Assembly: GCA_943704415.1 (NCBI GenBank)
Contig: CALSCO010001763.1
Location: 1-34,299 of the forward strand
Direction: 5' to 3'
Length of the DNA: 34,299 bases
Origin: Parvularia atlantis
Taxonomy: Eukaryota
In this document: piece after piece, positions 23,601 to 34,299 of the stretch
Layout: every line of letters begins with the position of its first letter
Position numbering within the stretch: position 1 is the first letter of the stretch
Notes under the pieces: generated by a model
What the model was told of the DNA's origin: nothing
The model's database searches: none
The model's input: only the letters and a program-made list of their open reading frames with translations
Made by a program: the position numbers and the translations under genes

Positions 23601-25628
23601 CACGTATGTGCGTGTGCGCCCTTGCACTTACACGCGCACTAGCGTCCTGGCTGCTTACCTGGGCGGCGTCGCTGCTGCCGCTCGCGCTGCGCTTCTTCCC
23701 GGAGGTGTGCTACACGTTGACTGCGCTTTGGCTGCGATGGCTAACGCAGGCGTGTGGCAGGAGCGCACGCTGCGCAGGCTCGTCGCGTCCGTCGCGGCCG
23801 TTGCGGCCCTGCTCGCGTACCTGCAGCCCTCGCTCGACCTTGCAGCTGTGCTGAGTGCGTTCAGGTATGCGCTTTGCACGCTTGTACTGTGGCCGGCACG
23901 CGCTCATGCACATCGCGCAGGCTGTCGTGGACCGCCGGGCCAACGGCCGTCCTGCAGCAGGGGCATCTAAAGTGCGCACCGTCGCCATCGCGGGCCGCGC
24001 ACGCTGACAGTGTGCCGCACGCAGCTCGTCGCTGTGGACGCCCTGGGCGCTCATCGCTCTGCTAGTCGTCAATGCGGCTCATGCGCTCAACCCGCCGAAG
24101 CCTGGCGGGCCGCCGCTCGTGTCGGTGCGCCCACATACGTGCATGCGCGATGTTGCAGCAGCCCACGCGTCGTGCGCACAGCGCCTCACATCTTTGGCCA
24201 CGATCGTCGCTTCGGTCGCCCTTGTCGCGCTCTACATCTGGGGCGCGCTGTATCCTCGCGTCGCGTTCCTCGGTGCGCGGCGCGGCGAAGCATTGCCTGC
24301 CCGTGCGGCTGACCATCGACGCCACCGCGCCACAGGCTCGCTCATCTTTGCGCTGTACGTGCTCGCGCTCGTGCTGCTGGCCGCGGTCGTGCAAGAAATT
24401 GTGATCCGCCGCGAGCGCGCCACCGCGTTTGTGCTCTACGTTGGGTGCGCACCTCAGCTGGCGTGCGACGCCGGCGTGCCTGCTGAGGAGCGCGTCCGTG
24501 GCGCAGCTTCTATGGCTTTGTGGTCATGCTGCTGGTCATTCTGCGGATGCAGTCGCGCGTGTTCCTGCAGCTGGGCACGATCGTCAACCGCGGTGCGACT
24601 CGCTGCAGCGAAGACGTGCCGCACGCGGCTCTGACGCGGCGGAGCAGAGAGCAAGGAGGACGTGACGACGCTGCTGCTCGGCGGGTACGCCGTGGCCACG
24701 ACGCTCGTTGCGCTGCTCGTAAAGCTTACGACGGACGCGCACCACGTGCGTCTGCATTGCGACGACGGCCGTGTGCGCTTACGCTCGCGCCGGCCGCAGA
24801 CTGCGCTCGCTGCGGGCGCGGGCGGGTCACCGCAACGGCCGTCGCGGTCTGACCTGCGGGAACGCGCTCTGCTGCGCGTTCTGCCGGTGCGCACGCGTGG
24901 CGTACTGTGCGTGACGCTCACCTCGTGCGCGCTGCAGGCGTCAGCCGGGTCAGGCACGGCGGCCGCCGTTCCCTCGGGCAGCCCGCTCGCCGCCCTCGCC
25001 CATGTCGGCAACGCGGCCGTCGTACTCTCGTTTGGCCTGGCGACGTACATCGCCTTCCAGTCGTTCCACGCGCCGCTGCTCGCCCCGGTTGTCCTTGCGC
25101 CGCTCTTCCTGCTCCTGTCGCGCGGGGCGACGCCAGCGACAGCCTGGCTCAGCACGAGCAACCGCTACGGTCCCGTTGCGCTCGCGGCTGCCGCGTCGCT
25201 CGGCGTGCGGGCCGCGCACGACGTTGTGCAGACCGGTGCGTGCGCGTCGCTGCTGCGTGTTTGAGTGTGCTGACGGTGTGCCGCGCTGCGCAGCGACCGC
25301 GTACTATGCCACACTTTGGTTCACGGCGCTGCAGCTGGCGCTGCTCGTGCTGACGCTGCCGGCCGTCTTCGCGACGCTGAGCTTTGCCTTCGCGGCGTAC
25401 ATGACGTCGGCCTCGTGCGTGGCCGCGCGTTCCATGCGCGCCGCCAATTGACGCTGGTGCGGCAGGCTGCTGCTCTCGCCCTACTGGATCGGGCCTGTGG
25501 CGCTGCTGGCGGCTGTCGTCGCGTCGTCGCCGGCGCTGCAAGTGCTCGCCGCCGGGGCGGTGCTGGGCGCGGTGGCGCGGGAGGTGGTGGTGCAGCGGCG
25601 GCGGAGTGCGTCGCTGCGGGTCCTGTGA
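20611..25628 (+). CDS. NEF1: Large multipass membrane protein resembling plant NO EXINE FORMATION 1 (NEF1), >25 exons
   Basis: SAFQHNARLWVAFLPCALVLLAFGG..IVVLGLIVAYIADAF, TGLWATMQFHW...PS..|LFERVLVAAFP...LAWG...FYL...YSLP|LTSSF. These parallel my recollection of Arabidopsis NEF1 (SSFxxNxRIAIALVPCAAFLLDLGG; GxWxSLQFKW..ENPS..ALERLLFAC.P). Many further TM exons follow to ...RSASLRVL*. Confidence 0.75.
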
Positions 25629-25689
25629 ACAACTTCTAGATGGGCGAATGAGCGGGACCCGCAAGGGAGAGAGGTCGGTTCATGACAGC

Positions 25690-26705
25690 ATGCCGGCGAA
25701 GCGCGGGCCACGTGGCGCGGCCGTGCGGGACGTGTACGACGCGCTCGGCCTGAGCGACGACGAGAGCGCCGACGAGGCCCCGGCGCCCGTGCGGCAGCGG
25801 CGCGAGCGGCGTGCGGAACAACAGCAGCAGGCCGATGCGCGGCCACCGGCCAAGAAGCAGCGCAAGCCAAAGCAGCGCGACGCAGCAGAACTTCAAGCCG
25901 ACGACGCGGACGAGGCGCCGCCCGCAGCCGAGGCGCCGCCCGCAGCCGAGGCCGAGGCTGCCGCACCGGCCAAGGCGCCTGTCGTGGCCGAGCACAAGCA
26001 CATCATCAGCAAAGGTGCCGCTGCTGCTGCTGCTGCCGCCTTGCGCCATCGATGGCTGACGCGGCGGCGCGGCAGCCCTCGCGCAGCTACCGCAGGACCG
26101 GACGGTGCACATCGGCAACCTGCCGTACGACGCGGACGAGGCCGGGCTCAAGGCAGTGCTGGTGCGCGCGCGATGCATGTGGCGCGTGCTGCCGCCGTCC
26201 CACGACCGACGCGGCTGCGTGTGTGCGCGCGCACAGGAGGACGGCGCCGGGGCGCTCGAGTCGATGGTCTTCCCGCGCAACAACTCGGGCCGCGCGTCGG
26301 GCTACGCCTTCGCGGCGTTCGTCGACCCCGACACCGCGGCCAAGGCGGTTGCGGCCGAGCTTGATCTGCTGGGGCGACGGCTGCGTGTCGTGCCGTTCAA
26401 CCGCAAGGTGCGCTCCGTCTGCATGGTGTGCACTGCATGTGCCGTGCGCGTGACGCGCTGCTGCAGTTTGCGCTCAAGCAGCGGCAGCGTGTCAAGCCCA
26501 AGCAGATGAAGAAGCTGGCGGCGCTGCAGCGCGAGAAGCGCAAGTCGCGGCTCCAGGTGGGCCTCGGGGCGGCGGCCAAGCGGCGGCCGCTGACCCGTTG
26601 TGCGCGCGCGGCCCGCAGAAGAAGGAGCGGCGGCAGGACCGTCAGAAGGCCAACAAGAAGGCGGGCCGGGCCAAGGCCGCGACGGCGGGCGACGACTGGG
26701 AGTGA
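25690..26705 (+). CDS. Single-RRM RNA-binding protein with basic tail (likely nucleolar), multi-exon
   Basis: RNP2 TVHIGNLPYD and RNP1 ASGYAFAAF, then LLGRRLRV. Lys/Arg-rich C-terminus ending GDDWE*. Confidence 0.85.
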
Positions 26706-26773
26706 GGGGTGGCGGATGCTGTTGCCGCGCTGAGGCTGCCGCTGCCGCACTTCCAGTTTGACTGATCAGCTCG

Positions 26774-28064
26774 ATGGACCGCTGCATCGCCTGCCTCGAC
26801 GACGCGACGGCCGCACCGCTGCTCGTGCTGCCGTGCCTGCACCGCACGTGCACCGCCTGCGCCATGGACCTGGCGGCGCGCGGCCGCTGCGTCGAGTGCG
26901 ACGCGCCGGTGCCGCGATCGCCGGCCGCGCTGTCGCCGCTGCGCCCGACTGCGAGCACCGTGCCGCGTGCCGCCGGCCGCCCGCCCGCGCCCGCACGACA
27001 CTCGCCGCTACCGAGGGCGGTGCCGGGGCCGCGCGGGCGCGCGCAGCAGCTGCTGGCGGCGGCCGTGGCGCGTCTGGCCGCGTCGGCAGCGGCATTGGAC
27101 GCGGAAGCGGCGACGGCGGCCGTCGCCCCACCCGTCGCCGTCCCCGACGCGTCGCCGGCGCGCGTCGCGGTGCTGACGGCGCGCGCGGCCGGGCTGGCGA
27201 CGGCGCGGCGCAAGGCGCTGGAGGACGCGGCCGACGCGGTGCGGCTGCAGGCGGCGCGGCTCGCGGCGCTGCGCGACGACGGCGGCGCACCGATGCGCCT
27301 CGTCCGCGCGCGGCTCGACGACGCGTCGGCGGCCGAGGACGTGGCGCGGCGCGCGCGGCCGGCGCCTGTGCGGCTCGCGGTGCTGCGGCCGGGCGCCGTG
27401 TCGGCGACGTGGGCGGCCGCGCTGCCCGATGCGGCGCGCGGCTACGTCGGCGGGCTGTGGCGCGACTACGACGCGGTGGCGCGGCGGCTGCTGTCGTCGG
27501 ACGTGGCGAGCGACGCCGAGGAAGGCGACGACGAAGGCGACGAGGACGAGAGCAGCACGGACGACGACGACGACGACGATCAGCAGCAGCAGCAGCAGCA
27601 GCAGCTGCTGCTGCTGCGCTTCCCGTGCGGCGCGTGCGCCACGGCCGACGGGCGCCGCGTCGTCGTCGCCGACTCGCTCAACCGGCGCCTCGTCGTGCTG
27701 GACGCGCGCGGGCGCACGCGCGGCACCGTCGACACCGGCGGCCTGCGCCCCTTCGCCGTCGCCGTCGACCCGCGCTCGGGCCACGTCGCCTTCACCTCGG
27801 TCGACGCCCTCGCCGTGCTCTTCGTCGCCCTCCCGTCCGGCCTGGCGCAAGGGCCGGCGCGTGCTGGGCGGCGGCGTGCCGTCTTCTTTGATGTGCGCGA
27901 CGACGACGAGGACGACGAGGACGACGACGAGGACGACGAGGACGACGACGAGGACGCGGACGAGGGCCAAGACGACGAGGGCAGCGTGTACGAGGACGCG
28001 CCCGAGCAGCTCGAGGACGACGACAACGACAACGACGATGGCAATCAGGACGATCAAGACGACC

Positions 28065-28119
<55 letters not shown>

Positions 28120-28845
28120 CCAAGCCAATCGGGACCACGACGACGAGGAGGGCGAGCAGCCGCCGATCACCCGCCGCGTCGACTGCGCGTCCGACAACCG
28201 CGGCCTCGCCTTCGCGCGCGACGGCAGTGCCATTGTGGCGCGCGCGGTCGAGAAGGACCACTTTGTGACGCGCCTCGCCCTCGCACCGGGCCCGCACGGC
28301 GCCGCCGTCGAGCGCTGGACGAGCCACGGTGCCGGCTTTGACCTGCCGCTGGGCGTGGCCGTGCTGCAAAACCCGATCGACGCCGCGCGCGACCCGGACG
28401 CCGGCACCGTCGCCGTCTGCGACGCGCGCACCGACCGCGTTCAGCTGCTGGCCCTGGCCGACGGCGCGCTGCTGCGGCTGCTCGGCGCGGGGCTGCTGCG
28501 CGTGCGTCCCGCGAAGTTCTCGCTGATCGCTCGCTGATCGGCTCGGACGCGCGCAGACGCCCAACCACTGCGCCGCCACGCCCGACGGCCACCTCGTCGT
28601 GACCGAGGCGCACACCCACGAGGGTGACCGCGTCTCCGTCTGGGACGTCGCCACCGGCGAGCTCGTCTGGGCCCTCGGCGTCACCGGCGTCCTCCCCGGC
28701 CAGTTCCGCTTCCCGCGCGGTGCGCCGTCACCCGCCCTTCTGCCCGCCATGACTGGTGCTCACGACGCGCGCAGGCGTCGCCGTCCTCAACAGCGGCCGC
28801 ATCGCCGTCGTCGAGAGCGGCAACTGGCGCGTCCAGTTCCTGTGA
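26774..28845 (+). CDS. RING-NHL repeat protein with acidic and polyQ insertions
   Basis: N-terminal RING CIAC..LPCLHRTCTAC..CVEC and Ala-rich helix. NHL repeats LRFPCGA..VVVADSLNRRLVVLD, FDLPLGVAV..VAVCDARTDRVQLL and GQFRFPR|GVAV..IAVVESGNWRVQFL*. Two introns near 28502 and 28720. Confidence 0.8.
28067..28117 (+). repeat. (CAG)17 coding trinucleotide repeat (polyQ); (CAG)8(CTG)4 also at 27581-27616 and GAC/GAG tracts at ~27899-27980
   Basis: Counted directly from the sequence. Confidence 0.95.
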
Positions 28846-28861
28846 CCCGTCTCGCATGTAC

Positions 28862-31817
28862 TTACAAGAAGTCGTCGTCGCCCGCCACGCGCGCCTTGTG
28901 CAGCTTCTTCTTCCGCGGCTTGGCTGCCGCCGCCGTTGCCGCTCCCGCCCCCGCCGCTGCGCTCGAGCCCGACCCGCCGACGTAGCCCACGCTCGACATG
29001 ACCGAGGACCCTGTGCGCGGCACCGCCGTCAGACAGCGCACCGCGGCACAACAAATGCGAGCGCGCACCGGCGTCCGGCAGGTGCACGACTGTCTTCTTG
29101 GACGGGTAGAACGCGTTGTTGAGCTTCACGGCCGGGTTCACGTTCGCGCCCGCCTCCCACCCCTGGAAAACGGGCTGCATCGGCGGCGTGTACTGGCACG
29201 CACAATGCCTCGTCAGCGTGACCACTTCCGTCGCCCACCGTGCACGCACCACCTCCGGCGGCAGCATCTTGCCGAGGCGCCGCACCGTGTCTAGGTCCTG
29301 CACGCACCGCCGTTCCGTGTCAAGCATCGGCCGCATGCGGTCCCTCCGCCGGCCTTTCTTGCTCGTCTTCGTCACCTGCACCGCTCCCACGTCAGTCGCT
29401 GACACGCCACGCCAGCACGACGCAGAACGCACGAAGCGCCGCTGGTAGACCGCCTCGACCTGCTTCGAGGCCGTGCTCAGCAGCGTCTCGTACTCCTGGA
29501 ACGCCATGAACTCAAACGCGCGCGGATGCAGCCGCGCACGCCGCGCGTTGTTGAGGGCGACCTGCCGCCTCGAGCATCAGCACCGCAAAAGCCACCCTCG
29601 TCGCCGTCGCACACCTGCACACGCAACTGCGACTGCAGCACGCGCAGCTGGAACGAGATCTCGTCGTCCTGCCGCTCGTTCGACGGCAGCAGCAGGGCCG
29701 GCTGGCCCTCGGGGTCGTTTGGCGACGCATCCGGGCCGTCCTCCTACAGCACCGTTCAAACTTTCTCCACCTGCCGCACACGCGCGCACCTTCTCGTCGT
29801 CCAGCAGCCCGGCAAAGATCAGCTCGCGCTTGATCCGCGTCTCTAGCAGCGTCGGGTCCATGCGCGCCGCGCCCTTGCCGGCGGTCTCGCCCGCGCCTGC
29901 ACACGCGCGTCAGCACGGGATTTCAGACAGAGTAGCAATCACACACCGTCCTCCACAGCGTCACCCGGGCCCTGCACCGCGTTTGCGCCCGCCGTGATCG
30001 AATGCGGCAGGAAGCCCTCCTCAAGCATGGCGCCCACGAGCCGCGACACGAGCGTGCCGCACGGCGGTGTGATCGTCTCGCCCTCGGTCGCTGTCGCGCC
30101 CATGAGCGCAAGCCACGGAGGCGTGCACGGACGCACGTGGCGAAGCGTAGACGCGCGCCTGCTGCGTCAGATCCTCCGTGTCGTCGCCGATCAGCCCAGG
30201 GTACGCCAGCCGGTCCTGCTTGGCCCACTCAAGCGCGTAGTGCGGGCCGAGCGGCGGGATCAGGTACACGTACTCGTCCACCTCCTGCAGACCACGCGCA
30301 GTGAGTCGCAGTCACACCCAGATGGTGTCATCAGAGCTCTACCGGCGAAACTTCCAGCGACGTCAGGTCCTGCTCGGTCAGCGGCCTGAAGTACGGTTCA
30401 ATGAAGCGCAAGAACGTGTCGAACGAGCTGCTGCCCGTCTGCAACCCCCCAGCGTGTCAGCGACGCGCCTGATGCACCTCTGAAACGTACCTTGGCTGGC
30501 CGGCTGTCGTCCTCGAGCAGGTCGACGTTCTTGAGCGCCGCCGTCGGCTGCGACTGCGACTGCCCCTCGCCACTCGCAGCGTCGCCAGCCTGCGCCTGTG
30601 CCCCGGCCACCGTGCCTGCGCGCACTCAGTGTAAGCACACTGGTACCGCACACTAGTACGCAAGCGAGCGCGCGCGAGCCGCACCGCTGCTGCTGACTGA
30701 CTTTGACGCGACCGACTTTGACGAGTACTTGCGCTTCTTGAGCTTGTTGTCCTTGAGCATCGACGATGGCGGCGGCGAAGAGCCCGGCGACGAGCCGAAA
30801 GGGGGCGCGCTCGCAGACGCGTCTGCACAGCGGGTCGTCAGCCAGCAGTGGCGCGTACATGTATGTGCGGCCGCACCACGCAGGGGCAGTGCCGCGTCCG
30901 ACCCTGCCGGCCTCGACAGCGACGCGGCGGCCGACACGGTCATCGTGCCCGTCAACGAGCCCATCGACGTGGCGATGTCGGTCGGGATACGGATGCGGAA
31001 GCTGGGCGCGGCGGCGGGCACGGTCGCGCCCGTGCTGCTGCTGTTGCTGCTGCTGTTCTGGCTCATGGAGGGCGCTGCAGGCACAGCTGCAGCCGTGGTG
31101 CTCGCGCTGGCCGCCACCGCGAGCAACCCGGGCGGAACCGTTTTGCCGATCGTCGGTGGGTGCGGCACGTCGCCGCTCGCGACGCGCTTGCGCTTGTCTG
31201 CAGGCACCACACAATCAGCGCGCCCTTCAACCACGCGTGGACGCGCACCGGCCGCGTCGGGGCTCGTCGGCGCCTCGCCCTCAAGCGCATCCGTCCCCTT
31301 GCGCTTGACCGTCGTGCCCCGCCCGGCGCCGCGCGCCGCCTTGACCTTCGCGCCGAACGCGTCCTCTGCCGCCGCCGCCAGTCGATCAGCACGGTCACGT
31401 GCGCGGCCGTGTGGGGTCACGTGCCCTGGAAGTCTTCGAGCGAGTCGGCCTCGGACGAGGGCGGCGCGGCGCGGCGCGAGGTCGGCGGCGGACGGGGCGC
31501 CCAGGGCAGCTGCTCGGCGGCCGCATCGCTCCCAAGGCGCTCGACGCCGTCCAGCTGCTGCTGCAGCACGGCGCGCTGCGTGCCGGTGCTGGACGCGAGA
31601 TGCCCAAGCTCGAGCTGCAGCTGCCGCAGCTCGTCGAGCGGCGGGACGGCGGCGAGCGGGCGCTCTGCGCTCTGGTGCGGTCGAGATTAGCAGCTCGGCA
31701 CGAGACGCGGGACCGCAGGCGGCGCACCACGAGCGCGGCGTAGCGCGGATGCGACGGGGCGGCGGGCGGCGCGGCCCGATCCAGCCCCGCCACACCTAGT
31801 AGCGACCCTAGCTCCAT
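28862..31817 (-). CDS. TADA3: SAGA/ADA complex subunit Ada3 (TADA3/Ngg1), multi-exon; 5' end uncertain
   Basis: PRYAALV|...PPLDELRQLQLELGHL resembles the TADA3 N-terminus. Also NTFLRFIEPYFRPLTEQDL, YLIPPLGPHYALEWA, CGTLVSRLVGAMLEE, LETRIKRELIFAGLL, DDEISFQLRVLQSQL and MAFQEYETLL. Confidence 0.88.
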
Positions 31818-32281
31818 ATGTATCTCCCACCGTGCATGGATGGACGACTGTCGTAAACACACTCCCACCTCCAAGACGCACACCACCAACACCACAGCAC
31901 AAACGCACCGCTCGTCCCGTCCACCACCGTCGACGTGAACGACACCCCGATCCAGCTTGACCAGGCTCGTCTGCACCGCCGCGGCCTGCTCTGCCGGCGA
32001 CGGCACCGCGCGCTTGCCCGACGACGCCCCCGCCAGACCGTTGATCGCCTCCGTTAGGCTCGCCACCGTCGACACGTACTCGCCCGCGCTCTCGCCCGCG
32101 TACGCCACCAGCGCCTCGAGCACGTCCAGCAGCGCCTGCACGCTCGCCCCAGACAGCTCCGACGGCTTGCTCGACAGTACCTGCACCACCTGCGGGTGCA
32201 CAACGCATCAGCAGCGGCAAGCGGCCCAGCATTCAGCAACGCGGACCACACCCGCGCTCCGACCACGCGTTGATCGCGCAT
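31818..32281 (-). CDS. Probable additional 5' exons of TADA3, or a small separate gene
   Basis: Coding-like helix VVQVLSSKPSELSGASVQALLDVLEALVAY... follows a CAG acceptor near 32190 and lies in the same open frame as the TADA3 N-terminus (ORF 31395-32201). Candidate ATG at 32281. Confidence 0.45.
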
Positions 32282-32476
32282 CACGAGATACTCCGGGTGC
32301 GACGGTCACGCGGCCCGGCTGGCACCCTGGCGGCGTGCACAAGCAAACGTCCAGGAAGCAAACGTCCAGAGGTACAACAACGAGCGACCTGACATTCACG
32401 TCGACAGCCACGGTCCGTCAGCGTCCACGCCGCACAGTCCACACGGCACGCGGTCGACACGGCACTCTCGCGCAGC

Positions 32477-33444
32477 TCATGCCCAGCCACCCGCAAACGC
32501 CAGCACCTGACCCGTGATAAAGTCCGACTCGCGCGAGGCCAGGAAGATGACATACTGCGCGGCCTCGGCGGGCGCGGCCAGGCGGCGCAGCGGGATCGCG
32601 GCTGTGATTTTGGCGCGGCGTGCCGGGTCGACCAGCACCGCCTCCGAGAAGTACGACGGCGACTCGACGTAGTTGGCCGCGATCGCGTTGCTCGTCACGC
32701 CCAGCGGCGCCAGCTCCTTGGCCAGCGAAAGCGCCAGCGCGTTGATCGCGCCGCGCGCCGTCACGTACGGCGCGTAGTTGGGCAGCCCTGCACCCGTCGC
32801 ACGTCAACCACGTCCATCTTTCCCGCCCACGAGAGCACACACGCACCTCTCAGCGGCGCGGCCGACGACAGGAACAGCAGCTTGCAGCCGGCCGCGCCAC
32901 CCGGCTGCGCCTTAATCTGGCGCACGACCTGGCCCGCAAGCATGAACGGGTCAACGGTGAGCGTCCGCAGCGTCGCCAGCAGCAGCTGCTCGTCGCAGGC
33001 ATCGATGGGCGCGCGCGTGGCCGGGAAGACGTCGTTGCTGACGAGCACGTCGATGCGCCCGTGCGTCCGCGCCACATCCTCCACGAGCCCTATTGCGGCG
33101 TGCTCAGCGCCATCACGCGGCGGATCGCCGGCCGCGCACCGTCCAGCAGCGGCCGCGCCGAGACGTGCAGCCCGGGGAACCGTGCCCCAAAGCGATCGCG
33201 TGCCGCCGCGTCGTCCACGAACGTGGGGTCGTGCGCCGTCACGCGCGCGCCCTCGCGCAGCAGCGCATCCACAGCCGGCGTGCCGAGAAAGCCCTGCGCG
33301 CCACGCATCGCACGCGCGATCAGCGCACGCACCGATCAGTGCACACAGACGCACGAGCACGTTGGTCACAAGCACGACGCGGCCCGCCAGCCGCCCCGCC
33401 ACCGCGACTTGCGCCGCGACACTGCCGATCCGCCCCGCCGCCAT
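32477..33444 (-). CDS. hheF: Halohydrin dehalogenase (haloalcohol dehalogenase, SDR fold; HheF-like), 4 exons
   Basis: Removing introns 33294-33354, 33090-33139 and 32788-32846 gives VTNVL|GFLG (T-X4-F-X-G) and S-AAPLR|GLPNYAP-Y-VTA-R (S-X12-Y-X3-R). Also VSNDVFP, AIAANYVESPSYF, IPLRRL and ITGQVLAFAGGWA*. In-frame upstream ATGs (33486, 33471) make the start uncertain. Confidence 0.88.
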
Positions 33445-33637
33445 GCTGCACTCAACTTGTCTGATAAACATACGGGACCCGCTCATCGCTCACTCGCTCA
33501 AAGGCGGTCATGCAACAGCGAAAGGGGTATAGGTAAAGCAAGCGCGAGACACGGACGAAAGCGAAAGACACGGTCCGAACGGAACAGCGAGCGGGTACAT
33601 AGAAAGGGCGAGAAACGGACGAAAGCGAAAGACACGG

Positions 33638-34299
33638 TCAGAACGGAACTTCCTTCTCGTTGTTCGCGACGGTGGACGACGGGTCGCTCGGGCCGCCGAG
33701 CTGCCGGCACCAACAGTTAGTCAAAGCGACGACCTGGCACCCACGACCGACACACCTCCATGAGCTCGGTGAGACGCTGGTCGGCGTCGAGCGAGCGCCG
33801 CGATGCGCCCACGTTGAACGTGCCGGCGAAGATCGACGAGCGCGAGCGCATCGGCTCCGCATCATCATCGCCTGGTCGCACGCACGCCGTGTAAGTGCAC
33901 GTCCGCTCGCACGCGCAAGCAGCCACACACACCCTTGCCCTCCTTGCGGTTGCGTGCCCACATGAACGCCACAATGATCGCCAGAATCACCACCACGCCC
34001 AGAACGACGCCCACCGTCACGCCGATGATGACCTGAGCGGCATGCCGTCAGCACACCTTTGCGCAGCAGCACAGGCGAGCGACGCGCACCGGGTTGTTGG
34101 ACTGCTCCGCCGAGCCAGTTGGCGTGCCTGTCGGAGCCTCGGTCGTTGGGGCGTTGGTCGGACTGTTGGTCGGGCCGTTGGTTGGGTTGGAAGTCGGGCC
34201 GCTGGTTGGGCCGTTGGTTGGGTTGGAAGTCGGGCCAGACGAGGGGCCGCTCGACGGGCCGCTGGTAGGGCCAGACGAAGGGCCGCTGCTCGGGCCGCT
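33638..34299 (-). CDS. 3' part of a single-pass membrane protein with a Ser/Pro/Thr mucin-like stalk (runs off window)
   Basis: (SGPS/SGPT/SNPT/NGPT)n stalk, then TM VIIGVTVGVVLGVVVILAIIVAFMW, stop-transfer ARNRK and a short cytoplasmic tail ending EKEVPF*. Confidence 0.8.
   Translation of the reverse strand, partial: RPEQRPFVWPYQRPVERPLVWPDFQPNQRPNQRPDFQPNQRPDQQSDQRPNDRGSDRHANWLGGAVQQPGARRSPVLLRKGVLTACRSGHHRRDGGRRSGRGGDSGDHCGVHVGTQPQGGQGCVWLLARASGRALTRRACDQAMMMRSRCARARRSSPARSTWAHRGARSTPTSVSPSSWRCVGRGCQVVALTNCWCRQLGGPSDPSSTVANNEKEVPF
34140..34299 (-). repeat. 12-bp period coding repeat encoding x-G/N-P-S/T units
   Basis: Recurrent GGGCCGYTG/GTTGG units on the + strand, translating to SGPSSGPTSNPTNGPT on the - strand. 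Confidence 0.85.

Noticed and set aside
27008..28750. 580-aa minus-strand ORF and other long Arg/Ala/Pro-rich ORFs in the track
   Set aside because: These are shadow frames of real genes, caused by high GC and strong third-position bias; they have no recognisable motifs.
32282..32306. PSHPEYLV resembling TADA3 PSHPRYAALV as a duplicated N-terminus
   Set aside because: It is immediately preceded by an in-frame TGA and lies upstream of the candidate ATG, so it is probably coincidental.
32477..33444. Bacterial contamination as the source of the dehalogenase
   Set aside because: It has three spliceosomal introns with the same donor and branch signals as neighbouring genes, and matching GC content.
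33638..34299. Mucin-stalk protein as Msb2/Hkr1
   Set aside because: Only a generic low-complexity stalk and TM are visible; no diagnostic domain is in the window.
1..34299. tRNA, rRNA or transposon features
   Set aside because: No cloverleaf, rRNA-like tract, transposase, reverse transcriptase, terminal inverted repeat or LTR was recognisable by eye. Small ncRNAs cannot be excluded without an Infernal/Rfam scan.

Overview
Gene-dense, very GC-rich eukaryotic (protist-like) nuclear DNA. Genes are split by many short (mostly ~40-110 nt) spliceosomal introns with GTGCGY donors, CTGAC/CTCAC/CTAAC branch points and YAG acceptors, so most ORF-track entries are artefacts. Splicing by eye gives about 18 genes: a partial AAA+-like gene, LOA1, PSMB4, a RING-B-box-CC-NHL TRIM protein, SLX1, an orphan, NDUFA1, a PiT/PHO4 phosphate transporter, RidA, a tetraspanin, a membrane hybrid histidine kinase, an Nbp2-like SH3 adaptor, a NEF1-like multipass protein, an RRM protein, a second RING-NHL protein, TADA3, a halohydrin dehalogenase and a partial mucin-stalk membrane protein. 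The best candidate novelty is the intron-containing halohydrin dehalogenase, a family I know only from bacteria. Both diagnostic motifs are intact but each is split by an intron, and the protein has a PTS2-like N-terminal extension. Also notable are the kinase/Nbp2 adjacency, the plant NEF1-like gene, repeated GC-AG introns and very short intergenic spacers. The gene mix suggests a unicellular opisthokont or close relative (inference). All homology calls are from motif recognition, not database searches.
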